A stretch of 64,000 nucleotides of DNA from Giardia intestinalis (Eukaryota): assembly GCA_000002435.2 (NCBI GenBank), contig CM018789.1; one strand, 5' to 3'. This document shows, piece after piece, positions 10,165 to 19,943 of this stretch (the first letter of the stretch is position 1; the number at the start of each line of letters is the position of its first letter). The notes below the pieces were generated by a model that searched no databases, was not told the origin of the DNA, and saw nothing but the letters and a program-made list of their open reading frames with translations. Both the position numbers and the translations under genes were made by a program.

Positions 10165-11931
10165 ATGAATAAATATCAACTACAACAAATAATGCTCGAC
10201 TCGGCGGTCGTTAACGCTATCCTGGAGATCCTCAAGGCTATCAACGACAAGGCTGGAGTCGTAGAGCAAAAGGATGTTACACGCGCAAGCGCCCTAGTCG
10301 CACGTCAATACAGTCTGCCACAGGCACCCTCTGTTGCGGACATTGCGTCCTCTCTTCCAGCAGCTCAGAAGCTAGAGTTATCTAGCTATCTTGTGCGAAA
10401 GCCTATCAGGTCCGCCTCGGGAGTTCAAGTAATTGCAGTTATGTGTAAGCCCCATCGCTGCCCGCACCAGGTCCGTACAGGTGCATCGTGCACATACTGT
10501 GGCGGCGGGCCAGATTCCGATTTTGCCTACTCGACTCAATCATACACCGGCTTTGAGCCGACTTCGATGAGAGCTATTCGGGCGAGGTATGATCCCACGG
10601 AGCAGGTTCGAGTCCGGATGGAGCAGCTTAGGCAGCTTGGTCACACCACGAACAAGATAGAAGTTGTCCTCATGGGAGGAACATTTCTTTCGACGCCACG
10701 CTCTTATCGCGACTCGTTCATATCTGGCATCTACACAGGGCTGACGGGGCATATCCCAGCGGGTCCCAAGCGAAACATAGTCCCAGAATCAATTTCCTAT
10801 GCTGCTCGCTCGTCTATTAAGTGTGTTGCACTGACCATTGAAACACGTCCAGACTATTGCGAGCCGCGGCATCTAGCTGACATGCTGCGGTACGGAACGA
10901 CACGTCTTGAGATTGGTGTTCAGTCTGTCTACGATGATGTCTGTGGAGACATCAACCGTGGTCATACAGTGCGGAGCGTAATTCGCTGCTTTGGACAGAG
11001 TAAGGACGCCGGATTCAAAATGATTGCACACATGATGCCCAATCTTCCTTTTACAAGTACCTTTAGAGACATCTTTGGATTCCAGGAGCTGTTTCAGTCA
11101 ACAAACTACCGTCCTGACGGTCTGAAGATCTATCCCACGCTGATAATACGTGGCACAGAGCTCTATGAGCGCTGGCGTTTGAACAAGTACCTGCGTAACT
11201 TACCGACGCACAAGCTCATTTATTTATTAACCATCATCTATGTTTTAGCGCCCCCATGGGTAAGGATCTATCGAATAATGCGAGATATACCTCTGCCACT
11301 TATCTCTGCTGGCGTGGACTCGTCGAACTTACGCGAGCTTGCTCTGGCGTCCCTAGCACGCTCTGAAACACAGTCACTGGAAATCAGACAACGGGAGTCA
11401 GGAATTGTCGAAGCGGCTTCCAATGAAATGACTAAGAAGTCTCTATACACACAGGACGGAGGAAACGCCCGTGAGTCTTCTACTGATATTACCCCAGAGA
11501 TCTGTAGGAGAGACTACTGGGCAAACGGAGGTTGGGAGACCTTTCTCAGCATTGAGGCGCCAATAGACTTGGACACCACTCCTACCTCAAAGGCTCGAAC
11601 GTCTCCGCCTGTCCTCTACGCCCTGTGCAGATTGAGAAGACTTCCGCGAGGTGGCGGAGGGCGTTTTCTGGGCATTCGTCCAGAGCTACAGGGGAAGACG
11701 TCTCTGATCCGAGAGGTGCATGTATATGGTAATGCAGTGGGCTTGAGTGAGCGAGGAGTCAGTGTCCAACACAGAGGCTATGGGCGTATACTCGTCAGGG
11801 AGGCGGAGCGCATAGCCAGAAATGAGCACAAAAGCGTCAAACTTGCCATCATAGCGGGCGTTGGAACTAGGGAATACTACTCTAAATTGGGCTACGCCCT
11901 TGATGGCCCATATATGTCACGGACACTCTAG
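10165..11931 (+). CDS. ELP3: Elongator complex protein 3 (radical-SAM + GNAT acetyltransferase)
   Basis: Radical-SAM cysteine motif CPHQVRTGASCTYCGGGPDSDFAYSTQSYTGFEPTSMRAIRARYDP, the GGTFLS motif, and a C-terminal GNAT region (RGYGRILVREAERIA). Full-length collinearity with ELP3. Confidence 0.92.
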   Translation: MNKYQLQQIMLDSAVVNAILEILKAINDKAGVVEQKDVTRASALVARQYSLPQAPSVADIASSLPAAQKLELSSYLVRKPIRSASGVQVIAVMCKPHRCPHQVRTGASCTYCGGGPDSDFAYSTQSYTGFEPTSMRAIRARYDPTEQVRVRMEQLRQLGHTTNKIEVVLMGGTFLSTPRSYRDSFISGIYTGLTGHIPAGPKRNIVPESISYAARSSIKCVALTIETRPDYCEPRHLADMLRYGTTRLEIGVQSVYDDVCGDINRGHTVRSVIRCFGQSKDAGFKMIAHMMPNLPFTSTFRDIFGFQELFQSTNYRPDGLKIYPTLIIRGTELYERWRLNKYLRNLPTHKLIYLLTIIYVLAPPWVRIYRIMRDIPLPLISAGVDSSNLRELALASLARSETQSLEIRQRESGIVEAASNEMTKKSLYTQDGGNARESSTDITPEICRRDYWANGGWETFLSIEAPIDLDTTPTSKARTSPPVLYALCRLRRLPRGGGGRFLGIRPELQGKTSLIREVHVYGNAVGLSERGVSVQHRGYGRILVREAERIARNEHKSVKLAIIAGVGTREYYSKLGYALDGPYMSRTL

Positions 11932-12063
11932 CCCCCAGCCAGTGTAGTCAAGAACAAGCAAGGTACTATTTACTGATACAAAATTAGAGTTAAGACAGAA
12001 CACATACAAGCACATAGACACCTGTACACATAGATTTAGACGAATTTGGTAGGGTTTGTGCAA

Positions 12064-12972
12064 TTACTCATCGACCTGAGAGGACCTGAGAATGCGGGAC
12101 AGCGTGGACACAGAGATGACCCTAGTTAGGGTCCCACTGGTTATGAGCTCATCGAGCATCCGTGTCAATGACTTATTCTTATTTTTACACATCTCGCGGA
12201 TCATTGCTGTTTCTTCATCGCTTAGACCCTTTGGTCTCCCCAGCCTCTTGTTCTCATCGCGATTATTTGGTTTGATGCCTTTTAGTCTGATTATCCTGTA
12301 AACCTGGGAGCGCGAGACTCCAAATGTATTCATAATGGTTCTAATCGGCGTATCTTCCTTGTGCATATCCATGATTTTGCGCCAATCAGAGGCAGAGAGG
12401 CGTTTGTGTGTGTCAACTCTGGTGATGGGTTCAGTCTCAGCGGTAGAAGGGTCAGAGACAGCGGATTGTGGATAACCATATCTACTTCCAACCAAGGTTG
12501 TCCGAGGTGAGCCAGAAAATTGTCCGGGAAACACATTGTTAGGCAAGTAAGGATAACAGGAGATTCCCGGCTGTAGAGAGGGAATGGTGTGCGGCGCTCC
12601 TTGACAGATGCCTGTCGGCCAAATCCCAGGCAGATTGGACACATTAGGGAAGGCCCCTAGCCTAGCTATGCTGTTAGTCCCAAAGCTAGCAGGAGGTATT
12701 TGTTGGAGAGACTGCAGTGGAATGGTGGAAATGGCTGGCGATTGTGTAGCCCCGTTCAGATTCGGCAGCCCCTGGATGGCCGAAAGGGATGTTGTTCCAG
12801 GGTATGACACGCCTCCCAGCTGTATAACCGAAGAGGATGCTGGGTCGTCGCCTTGAACTGATCCTGTAACAGTGGGGAAAAGCTGCATATAGGCTTCTCC
12901 TTGCGATTGCTGAGTAGTGGCTGGATCTGGAAAGGTTGTTTGAGAGATAACTCCATAGAAGGACCCCTGCAT
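12064..12972 (-). CDS. Paired-/Tc1-type bipartite helix-turn-helix DNA-binding protein with P/Q/G-rich N-terminal region (Pax-like transcription factor candidate)
   Basis: The C-terminal 110 aa align residue-by-residue with the N-terminal paired-like DNA-binding domain of Tc1 transposases: first HTH TIMNTFGVSRSQVYRII, the GRPKGLSDEE linker, and second HTH SLTRMLDELI...RVISVSTLSRILR. The ORF stops immediately after the HTH, so no DDE domain follows. ATG at 12970-12972. Confidence 0.7.
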   Translation of the reverse strand: MQGSFYGVISQTTFPDPATTQQSQGEAYMQLFPTVTGSVQGDDPASSSVIQLGGVSYPGTTSLSAIQGLPNLNGATQSPAISTIPLQSLQQIPPASFGTNSIARLGAFPNVSNLPGIWPTGICQGAPHTIPSLQPGISCYPYLPNNVFPGQFSGSPRTTLVGSRYGYPQSAVSDPSTAETEPITRVDTHKRLSASDWRKIMDMHKEDTPIRTIMNTFGVSRSQVYRIIRLKGIKPNNRDENKRLGRPKGLSDEETAMIREMCKNKNKSLTRMLDELITSGTLTRVISVSTLSRILRSSQVDE

Positions 12973-13150
12973 AACCCAACCGCTTTATTATTTCAATTTA
13001 AATTAGACCAAGCAAAGCTGTTATTTCTCTGCTCTGAATTTTGGCGTTTAACATTCTTTTTCTAAATCCGACCTATATGAATGTTTACAGGATAGTATAC
13101 GTTTTCATCGTATAAAAACGCCAACGAGTTTTTTTTAATCGGACTATGGT

Positions 13151-14620
13151 ATGATCATCCAACACCCGGATTCCTGCGCCCTAGGCCTATCAAGTCCTGT
13201 GTGCAGCACAGTGCTGTGCATCCGTGAGATAATCGATATCATTGCAAATGCATGTTTACAGGATAAACATTTAGGCAAGAAAACACACACTCTCACGCTT
13301 TCTGACGCGAGTATTTTTTCTGAACCGCTATCTAAACGCTATCCTGCTAGAGACGCTTCCGTGGCTACAGACACCAGAGTTCGACACTGCCAGGAGCGTC
13401 CTAGCATCAGAGGTTGCACCACAGGAGGCATGGTAGCTGTGAACTGTAAGCTCGATGGCGGCAGGTTCATTACATTAACAATAGCAATCTCCGGCCTTCC
13501 TATCTCATGTGAAGAAGGTCAAAGACTGGCCAATCTTATCTTTTTGGACAACCACAAGGAGTGTGAAAGTAACGATAAGTTGTCACTACTTGAACGTTTT
13601 GTCCTGGATCTAAGGAGTGTGATTATATCTGCAAACAGATCTACCGGAAAGCCTGCCATCATTGAAATCCTTGATGCTGCAAGCAGGCTTCGATTTACGC
13701 TCCACATTCCTCAGAAGGACCTGCGCTACTGCGCACACTATACTCTGGAGGAGCCGGGCATGCTCCTTGAACTGGCACTTCCAATGGAGACAAGTCTCGG
13801 CAAAACCCTTAGGTCCTATCTTGATGCCCTGGCTCTAGGGTTCTTTTTCATTCTTCATCCCAGGATAGTGTTCTATGCTCCCGTGCTGGGGTTAAGCGAA
13901 GACTTTCTTCCTCGGTATCAACTGACAGCCGATGAGGATTATCTACGTACTACACTGGCTAGGCTATATAAAAAGGACCTTGTCGTTGCTACCAGTGACA
14001 CTTCCAAGAATGACTACTCTCTAGCTGTTTCCATTTGCATGTCGCCATCTTCAGAGCGCTTAGATCACTTTTCGGTGGAGTACTTGGTAGTAGTTAATAG
14101 CACACCATTGACAGGACTACGCTCTCCCTTATGTCCCACAGCATTGGAGAGTCTAGACTTCCTTGCGGAGTATGATATAACTCTCAATAGATTTGCTCTG
14201 GCTGATGAGCTTACTTTGGAGAGACCCTTTAGTTCATTTTACAGAGCAGCTCCTCAAGGTGGTGCACTAATAGAATCCTGTGTTATCGTTGTAGCCATTT
14301 ACTCTAACAATTGTGCAGGGTTTACAACTCCAGACAAAACGTCTCTGGTTGCTCATCCTGTCCTCTCCTCTGATGTACTGAATAACCTTATATCTGCCTT
14401 TTCGGAGTGCACGTCTAGATTTCCGTCTGGTTTGAAGAAAATAAGTGATCAGAAGCAGCAGCTGCAGCAGATGTCCATTAAGCATATCCTCGCCGACATA
14501 GGAGTACTCTCGTCACTTCTTTTAACTGAAGAGGAATCAAATGCATTCACTCGCAAACACCATGCCATGTCCCTTGAGGAGGCTATCTTTAAAGCTTTTT
14601 CGCCCATCTTAGGTGAGTGA
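13151..14620 (+). CDS. Hypothetical protein
   Basis: 489-codon ORF starting at ATG 13151 after a T-rich tract (ttttttttaatcgg...ATG). No recognisable motif. Confidence 0.5.
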   Translation: MIIQHPDSCALGLSSPVCSTVLCIREIIDIIANACLQDKHLGKKTHTLTLSDASIFSEPLSKRYPARDASVATDTRVRHCQERPSIRGCTTGGMVAVNCKLDGGRFITLTIAISGLPISCEEGQRLANLIFLDNHKECESNDKLSLLERFVLDLRSVIISANRSTGKPAIIEILDAASRLRFTLHIPQKDLRYCAHYTLEEPGMLLELALPMETSLGKTLRSYLDALALGFFFILHPRIVFYAPVLGLSEDFLPRYQLTADEDYLRTTLARLYKKDLVVATSDTSKNDYSLAVSICMSPSSERLDHFSVEYLVVVNSTPLTGLRSPLCPTALESLDFLAEYDITLNRFALADELTLERPFSSFYRAAPQGGALIESCVIVVAIYSNNCAGFTTPDKTSLVAHPVLSSDVLNNLISAFSECTSRFPSGLKKISDQKQQLQQMSIKHILADIGVLSSLLLTEEESNAFTRKHHAMSLEEAIFKAFSPILGE

Positions 14621-14659
14621 AAAGCAACCTATAGAGTGGTTGGAAGTGCTCTGGTAGCC

Positions 14660-15592
14660 TCAGTCAGCTATCTCGTCGTGTCCCATGGTGATCGTGCACA
14701 GGTTTGGCACGTCTTCACGTTTATACTGGTTGAGGACAGACTTGCACTGACAAAGAACCTCTGGTTTTTCCAGATCGGTTGGAGATGGCTTGAATGTATC
14801 GCCTGTACCAATGCAGTGCCCAGTAGAGCAGTGCCGTATAACGACTGGCTGATCTACTAGCACTGGGTGGCCCTCCATCTCCAGTCTGACACTGGTGTGG
14901 TATGGTTCAATAACGAACTCTGCATCCTTGTGGAGACAGTTAATGTCTCCTATGACAGTGTGAATAGTAGAAGTATTTGCTGTCCTAACGCACCCTAGAA
15001 CAACCTGGCCGCAGCCCTTGTAACGATCAGACTCGTCTATCATGTCTTGGTTGCACGTTATGTAGACGCGCTCTCCGTAACGAACAGGGGCATCCTCCCC
15101 AATCATATTATTAGCAGACATAGTGGACATCTTTGTTTCATAATTAGCAAGCTCCTCGTCCTTGAAAAGGTACTTGAGGCGCTTGCCATATTTAAGGATG
15201 CCCTGGTCACTGACTGCGCTGTCTTGTGCCCGTGTGACAGTAAATACGGATCTTCGAATGGGGGCAATGTCCGATGTGAAGGAAACGCGACTTCCTCGAT
15301 CATACTCTTTAACCGCATATCTAGGGTCGCAGGCCAACATAAAAGGCTTTGTATTGTGATTGATAATCATAACACGATCGTTTGGGAAAAGAACCTTACC
15401 CTCAGCTAGCTCTACAGGCTTCAAGATGTTTTCCAGTTGCTTGATGACCTGGACCGACTTTAAGTCCCCTCTGGAGGCAGTATCAAGATACTTTGCAAGC
15501 ACCTCATCACGATAGGCCCGTTCCTCAACCCAGTTATTTATCATTGTTCTACATGAATAGATGTTCTGCACGACTCCTCCGAGATGCTGCAT
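14660..15592 (-). CDS. Hypothetical protein
   Basis: 310-codon ORF with ATG at 15590-15592 and an A/T-rich upstream region. No confident domain assignment. Confidence 0.5.
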   Translation of the reverse strand: MQHLGGVVQNIYSCRTMINNWVEERAYRDEVLAKYLDTASRGDLKSVQVIKQLENILKPVELAEGKVLFPNDRVMIINHNTKPFMLACDPRYAVKEYDRGSRVSFTSDIAPIRRSVFTVTRAQDSAVSDQGILKYGKRLKYLFKDEELANYETKMSTMSANNMIGEDAPVRYGERVYITCNQDMIDESDRYKGCGQVVLGCVRTANTSTIHTVIGDINCLHKDAEFVIEPYHTSVRLEMEGHPVLVDQPVVIRHCSTGHCIGTGDTFKPSPTDLEKPEVLCQCKSVLNQYKREDVPNLCTITMGHDEIAD

Positions 15593-15647
15593 TCTATAGT
15601 TTTAGGTCTGAGTTTTTAAATTTTGGTCCAGAGTTCCCCTCCACCAT

Positions 15648-16610
15648 ATGCCAAAGCTTCTCACGCGCACGCATGTGCCTTTAGGCTCGTGCACCTCCAT
15701 GACGCCTATACAACCCTTTTATTCAGGAGTGTTAATAGGCACAAGTACTGGCCACTTATTTCTGATTACCTACGTTAAAGGAAGAGCGAGAGTAAGCACT
15801 CCGAAAGGGACTGTAGAAAGGAAGAGTCCAGTTGTTGAGCTTACCATTTGCAAAAACCAACTGGCGGTTATGCGCAACTCTGGGCTTCTACAGATTTATG
15901 AACTACGGCTGGATGAATCTAGTGCTTCACCATGCTGTTTGCAGCTTATCTGCGAACACTTTGTTGACGAATGCCCAAGGTTTAGGCCGCTGTTTCTAGA
16001 CACGGAAACACTGCTTGTTGTTCGCAATAGTGCCTTACACAACCTCTTAAACAAGGAGGAGCAGGTACTGCTGGGCTCTGGTACACTCCTTGGTATAGAA
16101 CAGCTGAGCACACATAGTACTCAGTTTGTTCTCTACGGGGATGGGCTTACATTATGGAAGTGGACGAGAACATGTCCTACTATTCAGTTACAAAGTTATC
16201 TACTAGACCTACACAGATATGCTGCAATTGAGACAGAAGTTACTCCATGTATAATGGATTTCTCTATCCATCAGGGGTTTGCCTTCTGTGCTACTAACAT
16301 GGGTCTATTACTATACTTTCCAGAACCGCAAATTTCAGAGCCCCTTACGGTAGATGGAAAAATTTATCCGATGGTTTATCCGACAATCTGCTTAACAACA
16401 CGAAGGCTTCTCTTTTGGGACAATCTAATAGTACCGTGTGGGGGACATGGTCTAGAACTTCTTTCACTTAAGGTATCTGAAAACACAACCCCCGATATAA
16501 CTGGGATAACCGTCATGACATTTGAAGATAGCTCTACATGTGGCGCTGTTTCTAGTGGACTGCTTTGGATATGCACTGGTGGAGCAGGGATATGCCTGCT
16601 AACAGATTAA
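15648..16610 (+). CDS. Hypothetical protein
   Basis: 320-codon ORF from ATG 15648. Its TAA stop (16608-16610) overlaps the stop of the convergent gene on the other strand. Confidence 0.5.
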   Translation: MPKLLTRTHVPLGSCTSMTPIQPFYSGVLIGTSTGHLFLITYVKGRARVSTPKGTVERKSPVVELTICKNQLAVMRNSGLLQIYELRLDESSASPCCLQLICEHFVDECPRFRPLFLDTETLLVVRNSALHNLLNKEEQVLLGSGTLLGIEQLSTHSTQFVLYGDGLTLWKWTRTCPTIQLQSYLLDLHRYAAIETEVTPCIMDFSIHQGFAFCATNMGLLLYFPEPQISEPLTVDGKIYPMVYPTICLTTRRLLFWDNLIVPCGGHGLELLSLKVSENTTPDITGITVMTFEDSSTCGAVSSGLLWICTGGAGICLLTD

Positions 16611-17656
16611 AAGTTGGTGACCAACTTGGAGAGGGCTGCTCTATTCATCACATTGAAATCTGTAGCCAGCTTTATAGCATATAGTGCCCACTCCCGAGCA
16701 CCCGGGCAACCAAAATCTCCCGAGCAGTGTATCACAATAGAAGGCAGGCCATCTAGAATTCGAAGCGTCTCCTGGCTTGCTGGACATGATGCTAACAGTT
16801 GTGCAATTATAGTAAGCAAGCCGCTCCTATAGCCCGGCCAAAATATTCCGTGTGAAACTATATCATCGCAACTAACGGAAATATTAAATCGTGCACCTTC
16901 GTTCAGTAATTCTTCAATGTGTTTTTCTTGATCCTTTATTATAAACCCTGTGAATCCGAATTGGCCCGACCTATTCGGCTGCATTCTGATTGCATGTTGA
17001 AGAAGGAAAATGCAAACACCCATACATCCAGCCTCTGTATACTCTTTTCGAGATATTGCATCGGTGAGATGTTCTGTAGAGAGGCGTATTATGTCTAAAA
17101 GCGACAGAAGTGTCTGAAAGCTATCATAAGAAGCTAGACCTAAACATCCACTACTCTGGCGAACAACTTGCTCCAGAAAGTCTCTGCATTCGAGTAAATA
17201 ATCTACGGCTTCAGTATCTATCAAAGGGCCGGCCTCCATGGTAGAGTTGACATTCAGGCGTCCATTGAGTAGGGAGACAAGTGAATCGGTACCGGCTGCT
17301 CCTAGATGATTGATGTCCTCCTTCCCTTGCATATCAAACCCTGGAACATATGGTATTCCGATTTCCTTTCCAGCCGGAAACGATACTCTTGAGTAGAGTG
17401 TCGAGACACCAAGGATGGTGCAACAACTTTCAACTAACCGGCGTATGACAGAGCTTGAAAGGGCAGACGTGGAGGCAACTGTTGACAAAAGATCCATGGT
17501 CACCTGGTCGATGGGGAGATCTGAGACATCGCAGAAGCATGCATGGCTGGTCACCAGACGTTCGACAACAAGAAGGGCAACCCGGCCACAGCGCGACTCC
17601 TGGTCGGCGGCTGCCAACAGATACCTGTGTGCCTCTGCAAATAGCATAGATAGCAT
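16607..17656 (-). CDS. Hypothetical protein (helical/ARM-like); start uncertain
   Basis: The track ORF (to 18118, GTG start) reads straight through the tRNA-Leu gene and the inverted repeat, so the N-terminal 113 aa are rejected. The first ATG outside the repeat is at 17654-17656 (MLSMLFAEAH). Its position is conserved with Met 23616 (MCGTS) of the decayed paralog on the right flank. Confidence 0.5.
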   Translation of the reverse strand: MLSMLFAEAHRYLLAAADQESRCGRVALLVVERLVTSHACFCDVSDLPIDQVTMDLLSTVASTSALSSSVIRRLVESCCTILGVSTLYSRVSFPAGKEIGIPYVPGFDMQGKEDINHLGAAGTDSLVSLLNGRLNVNSTMEAGPLIDTEAVDYLLECRDFLEQVVRQSSGCLGLASYDSFQTLLSLLDIIRLSTEHLTDAISRKEYTEAGCMGVCIFLLQHAIRMQPNRSGQFGFTGFIIKDQEKHIEELLNEGARFNISVSCDDIVSHGIFWPGYRSGLLTIIAQLLASCPASQETLRILDGLPSIVIHCSGDFGCPGAREWALYAIKLATDFNVMNRAALSKLVTNF

Positions 17657-17978
17657 CTTACCAGATGCAGGAACAGGAATGGGCGAGGAGACTGGAGCCG
17701 CGGGGGTGGGGGTGGCCACCTGCAGCAGAAGGCCGAGCACGAAGACGAGGGCCTCACGTCCATCGGCGTTGAGCCGCGGGAAGGCCTGGTCCAGGGCGGC
17801 GAGGAGGGAGGGGCACGCGCGGACACTCGCGCAAGCGGGGGGCGGCCCGCCCTCCAGGACGCGGCCCAGACGGCGCAGCCCGCGGGTCAGGTCCTCGGGG
17901 GCGGCGAGCCCGCGGACAAACGCGGCGGGGTCGTCGAGGCCCCCGCAGCCGACCGGCTTGGTCATTGGGTCGGAAACG

Positions 17979-18061
17979 TGCAACCTGTGGGGCTCGAACC
18001 CACGCGGGATGACTCCCATTACGGCCTTAACGTAACGCCTTAACCACTCGGCCAAAGTTGC
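17979..18061 (-). tRNA. tRNA-Leu(AAG): tRNA-Leu (anticodon AAG), type II with long variable arm
   Basis: Hand-folded. Acceptor stem GCAACTT/AGGTTGC (7 bp, one G-U). D-arm GCC-GAGTGGTTAA-GGC. Anticodon stem TTACG/CGTAA with loop TTAAGGC (U33, AAG, G37). 15-nt variable arm. T-arm GTGGG-TTCGAGC-CCCAC. Discriminator A. No encoded CCA. Confidence 0.85.
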
Positions 18062-18547
18062 GCGCCAGCGGCAGTCCATGATAGACCCGTTTTCAAGGGT
18101 CTTTGGTATTGGTTCCACAAATCAATGTTAGACTGCATCGCCCGCCACAGAGGATGCGCGCGTAGGAGTCGCATACTTCACTTACAAGCAGCATAGGGCT
18201 GGCTAGCGTGCGACACACGGTTTGCTCGTCGAAGCGGACTGGACTCCTAGCTGAGCGCTGTGCTGGCGAAAGAAACACAGAGTTTCATGTCGTAAAACAA
18301 GGGTGGTTGTGAGGTAGTTACCTCTACCGAACGCTGGCCAGAGCCGTTGCTAGCGTTTTCACCAAAGGCCGCAATAACGCGCCGATCCGGCCGTTAGGCA
18401 GCGGGAGGAACCACGGTCCCCAGGGATATGCTAGCAGCACAAGAACCGTGCAAGAATTGAGCGTGGACATGCACGAGTTCTTTTACTGCGGAAGTGGACT
18501 GTATGCCGAGGCTTGTGCGATCATCAGCCTTTTGGTGCCAAGCCCTA

Positions 18548-19040
18548 CTAAGTAGAAATGAGCTGCTGTATCAGGATAACAGGGTTCACTACAAGATAGG
18601 TAGGTGGCCAGACAGCGCAGCCCCTAAGCCCTTGCAAAGCTGGTTCTACAGGTCGATCTGGAGCTAAGGTTGCGCAACGACCGCAGTCTTGCGGGTCACG
18701 GCGAACTGGCACGTGAGCCCTCGAGATCCGCGAGCCATACGTCGTGTAGCTCCGCCAGCCCTCTTCTTCTAGAATAAGTAGGAGTTCCTGAGAAGCTTCG
18801 CTCCATGGGCAATAATAGAAGGCCTGCTTCCTAAGGATCGCGGTCCATATATCTCCGCATAGAAGACCTGAACAAGCCGAGTGGCGTCCTGTAGCGTCAA
18901 GGATAGCCTCAGCGTGGGACTTGGCCCAGGACTTTGCAGGCGCGTACTCTATGCAGCCACGTGCCGCTTTAGCGAGGTTCTGTCTTACTCGTCCGATTTC
19001 GGGCCTCCCCAGATGAAACCCCAGGAAGCAGTGGCGCATG
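18548..19040 (-). other. 164-codon ATG-initiated ORF inside IR-L (Arg-rich, GC-rich); doubtful as protein-coding, overlaps candidate ncRNA
   Basis: The track ORF starts at GTG 19066; the first ATG is at 19040. The translation is Arg/Ala/Gly-rich with no recognisable motif. The opposite strand carries similar-length ORFs, as expected for ~60% GC DNA. Confidence 0.2.
18596..19006 (-). ncRNA. Candidate RNase P/MRP-like RNA (left copy) - speculative
   Basis: Mirror image of 22060-22470 (see that entry). The CR-I-like GCAAAGUCCUGGGCC is at 18921-18935 (reverse complement). Confidence 0.2.
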
Positions 19041-19943
19041 CGCCGCGCCGGCGGGGCTCTGGTCACGGTGTGCTGTCAGTTTGACGCAGGTTGCACGGTC
19101 CACTTTCCGAAAAATGGAGCGTTATGAGCTGTTGTTTATTGCATAACTATAGCGTAAAATTGAACGGGTTATCTAGAGCCCGAGGTAGCTCTCTGGTCGC
19201 ATAACTAGAAAGCTTCATATCTGGACGGATCCAGCCCTTGAGAGCATTGTAGGACAGGGCCGATTTGAATGGATAAGAAGCTGTGAGGCAATTTCTCGTT
19301 TAGTGAAGTCACAATCAGACTGTTTAAAGAGCAATATTATACTACGCTTGACTGCAATTTTATGAGGGACTCAAGCTCTTAGATGTCCCTATCTTCACTT
19401 GCATGGCAATAGGCAGACCACTAGCCCATTTTTACATAGTTCTACTAATAAGGTCCCACATCATCATACGCACATGCGGTGGAGTATTCGTTCTAAGAGC
19501 CACGGTAACAGTTCACTGCTATTTTTATATACTAAGATTGTTACATTTACTTCCCGCTCAGCGAGACTATAGCATCGAAGCTTGGTATATCGAACCACTT
19601 TGCATTTTTCAACATAATAACAATATCTGATCAAAAGCACCACAATCAACAAGATACTGGCTTCATATATGAATAGCGCAGGGATGTAACACTGATGTGC
19701 ACTAACGGGCAAAACTAACATTGATAGTGAATTATTGCCTATTAAAACGAAAATCCATTAGATTTTTGTGCCTTTACCTCGTGGACTTTGATAGATGGTA
19801 TCACTGGACTGTCGTATCTTATAAATTCAGATGCCAGAATCCTAGTAAGTTAAAATACGTCCATTTACTAATAGTATTCTATCTCATAAAAATTACAATT
19901 CTTCTTATATGTGTGTTATCAAATGAGATATCAATTTCGCTAA

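Larger units (their letters stand above)
17780..19076. repeat. Left arm of perfect 1297-bp inverted repeat (IR-L)
   Basis: Every stretch I compared by eye against the reverse complement of 21990-23286 matched exactly. Those stretches cover the tRNA, a 61-aa ORF, a 164-aa ORF and the 113-codon shared prefix. Coordinates map as x + y = 41066. The inner boundary is sharp. The outer boundary continues as diverged homology. Confidence 0.85.

Noticed and set aside
17657-18118. N-terminal 154 codons of the track ORF 16607-18118 (GTG start)
   Set aside because: It reads in-frame straight through the tRNA-Leu gene (17979-18061) and the GC-rich repeat arm. The 'WRATLAEWLRRYVKAVMGVIPRGFEPHRL' peptide is the tRNA translated. 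The real start is taken as ATG 17656.
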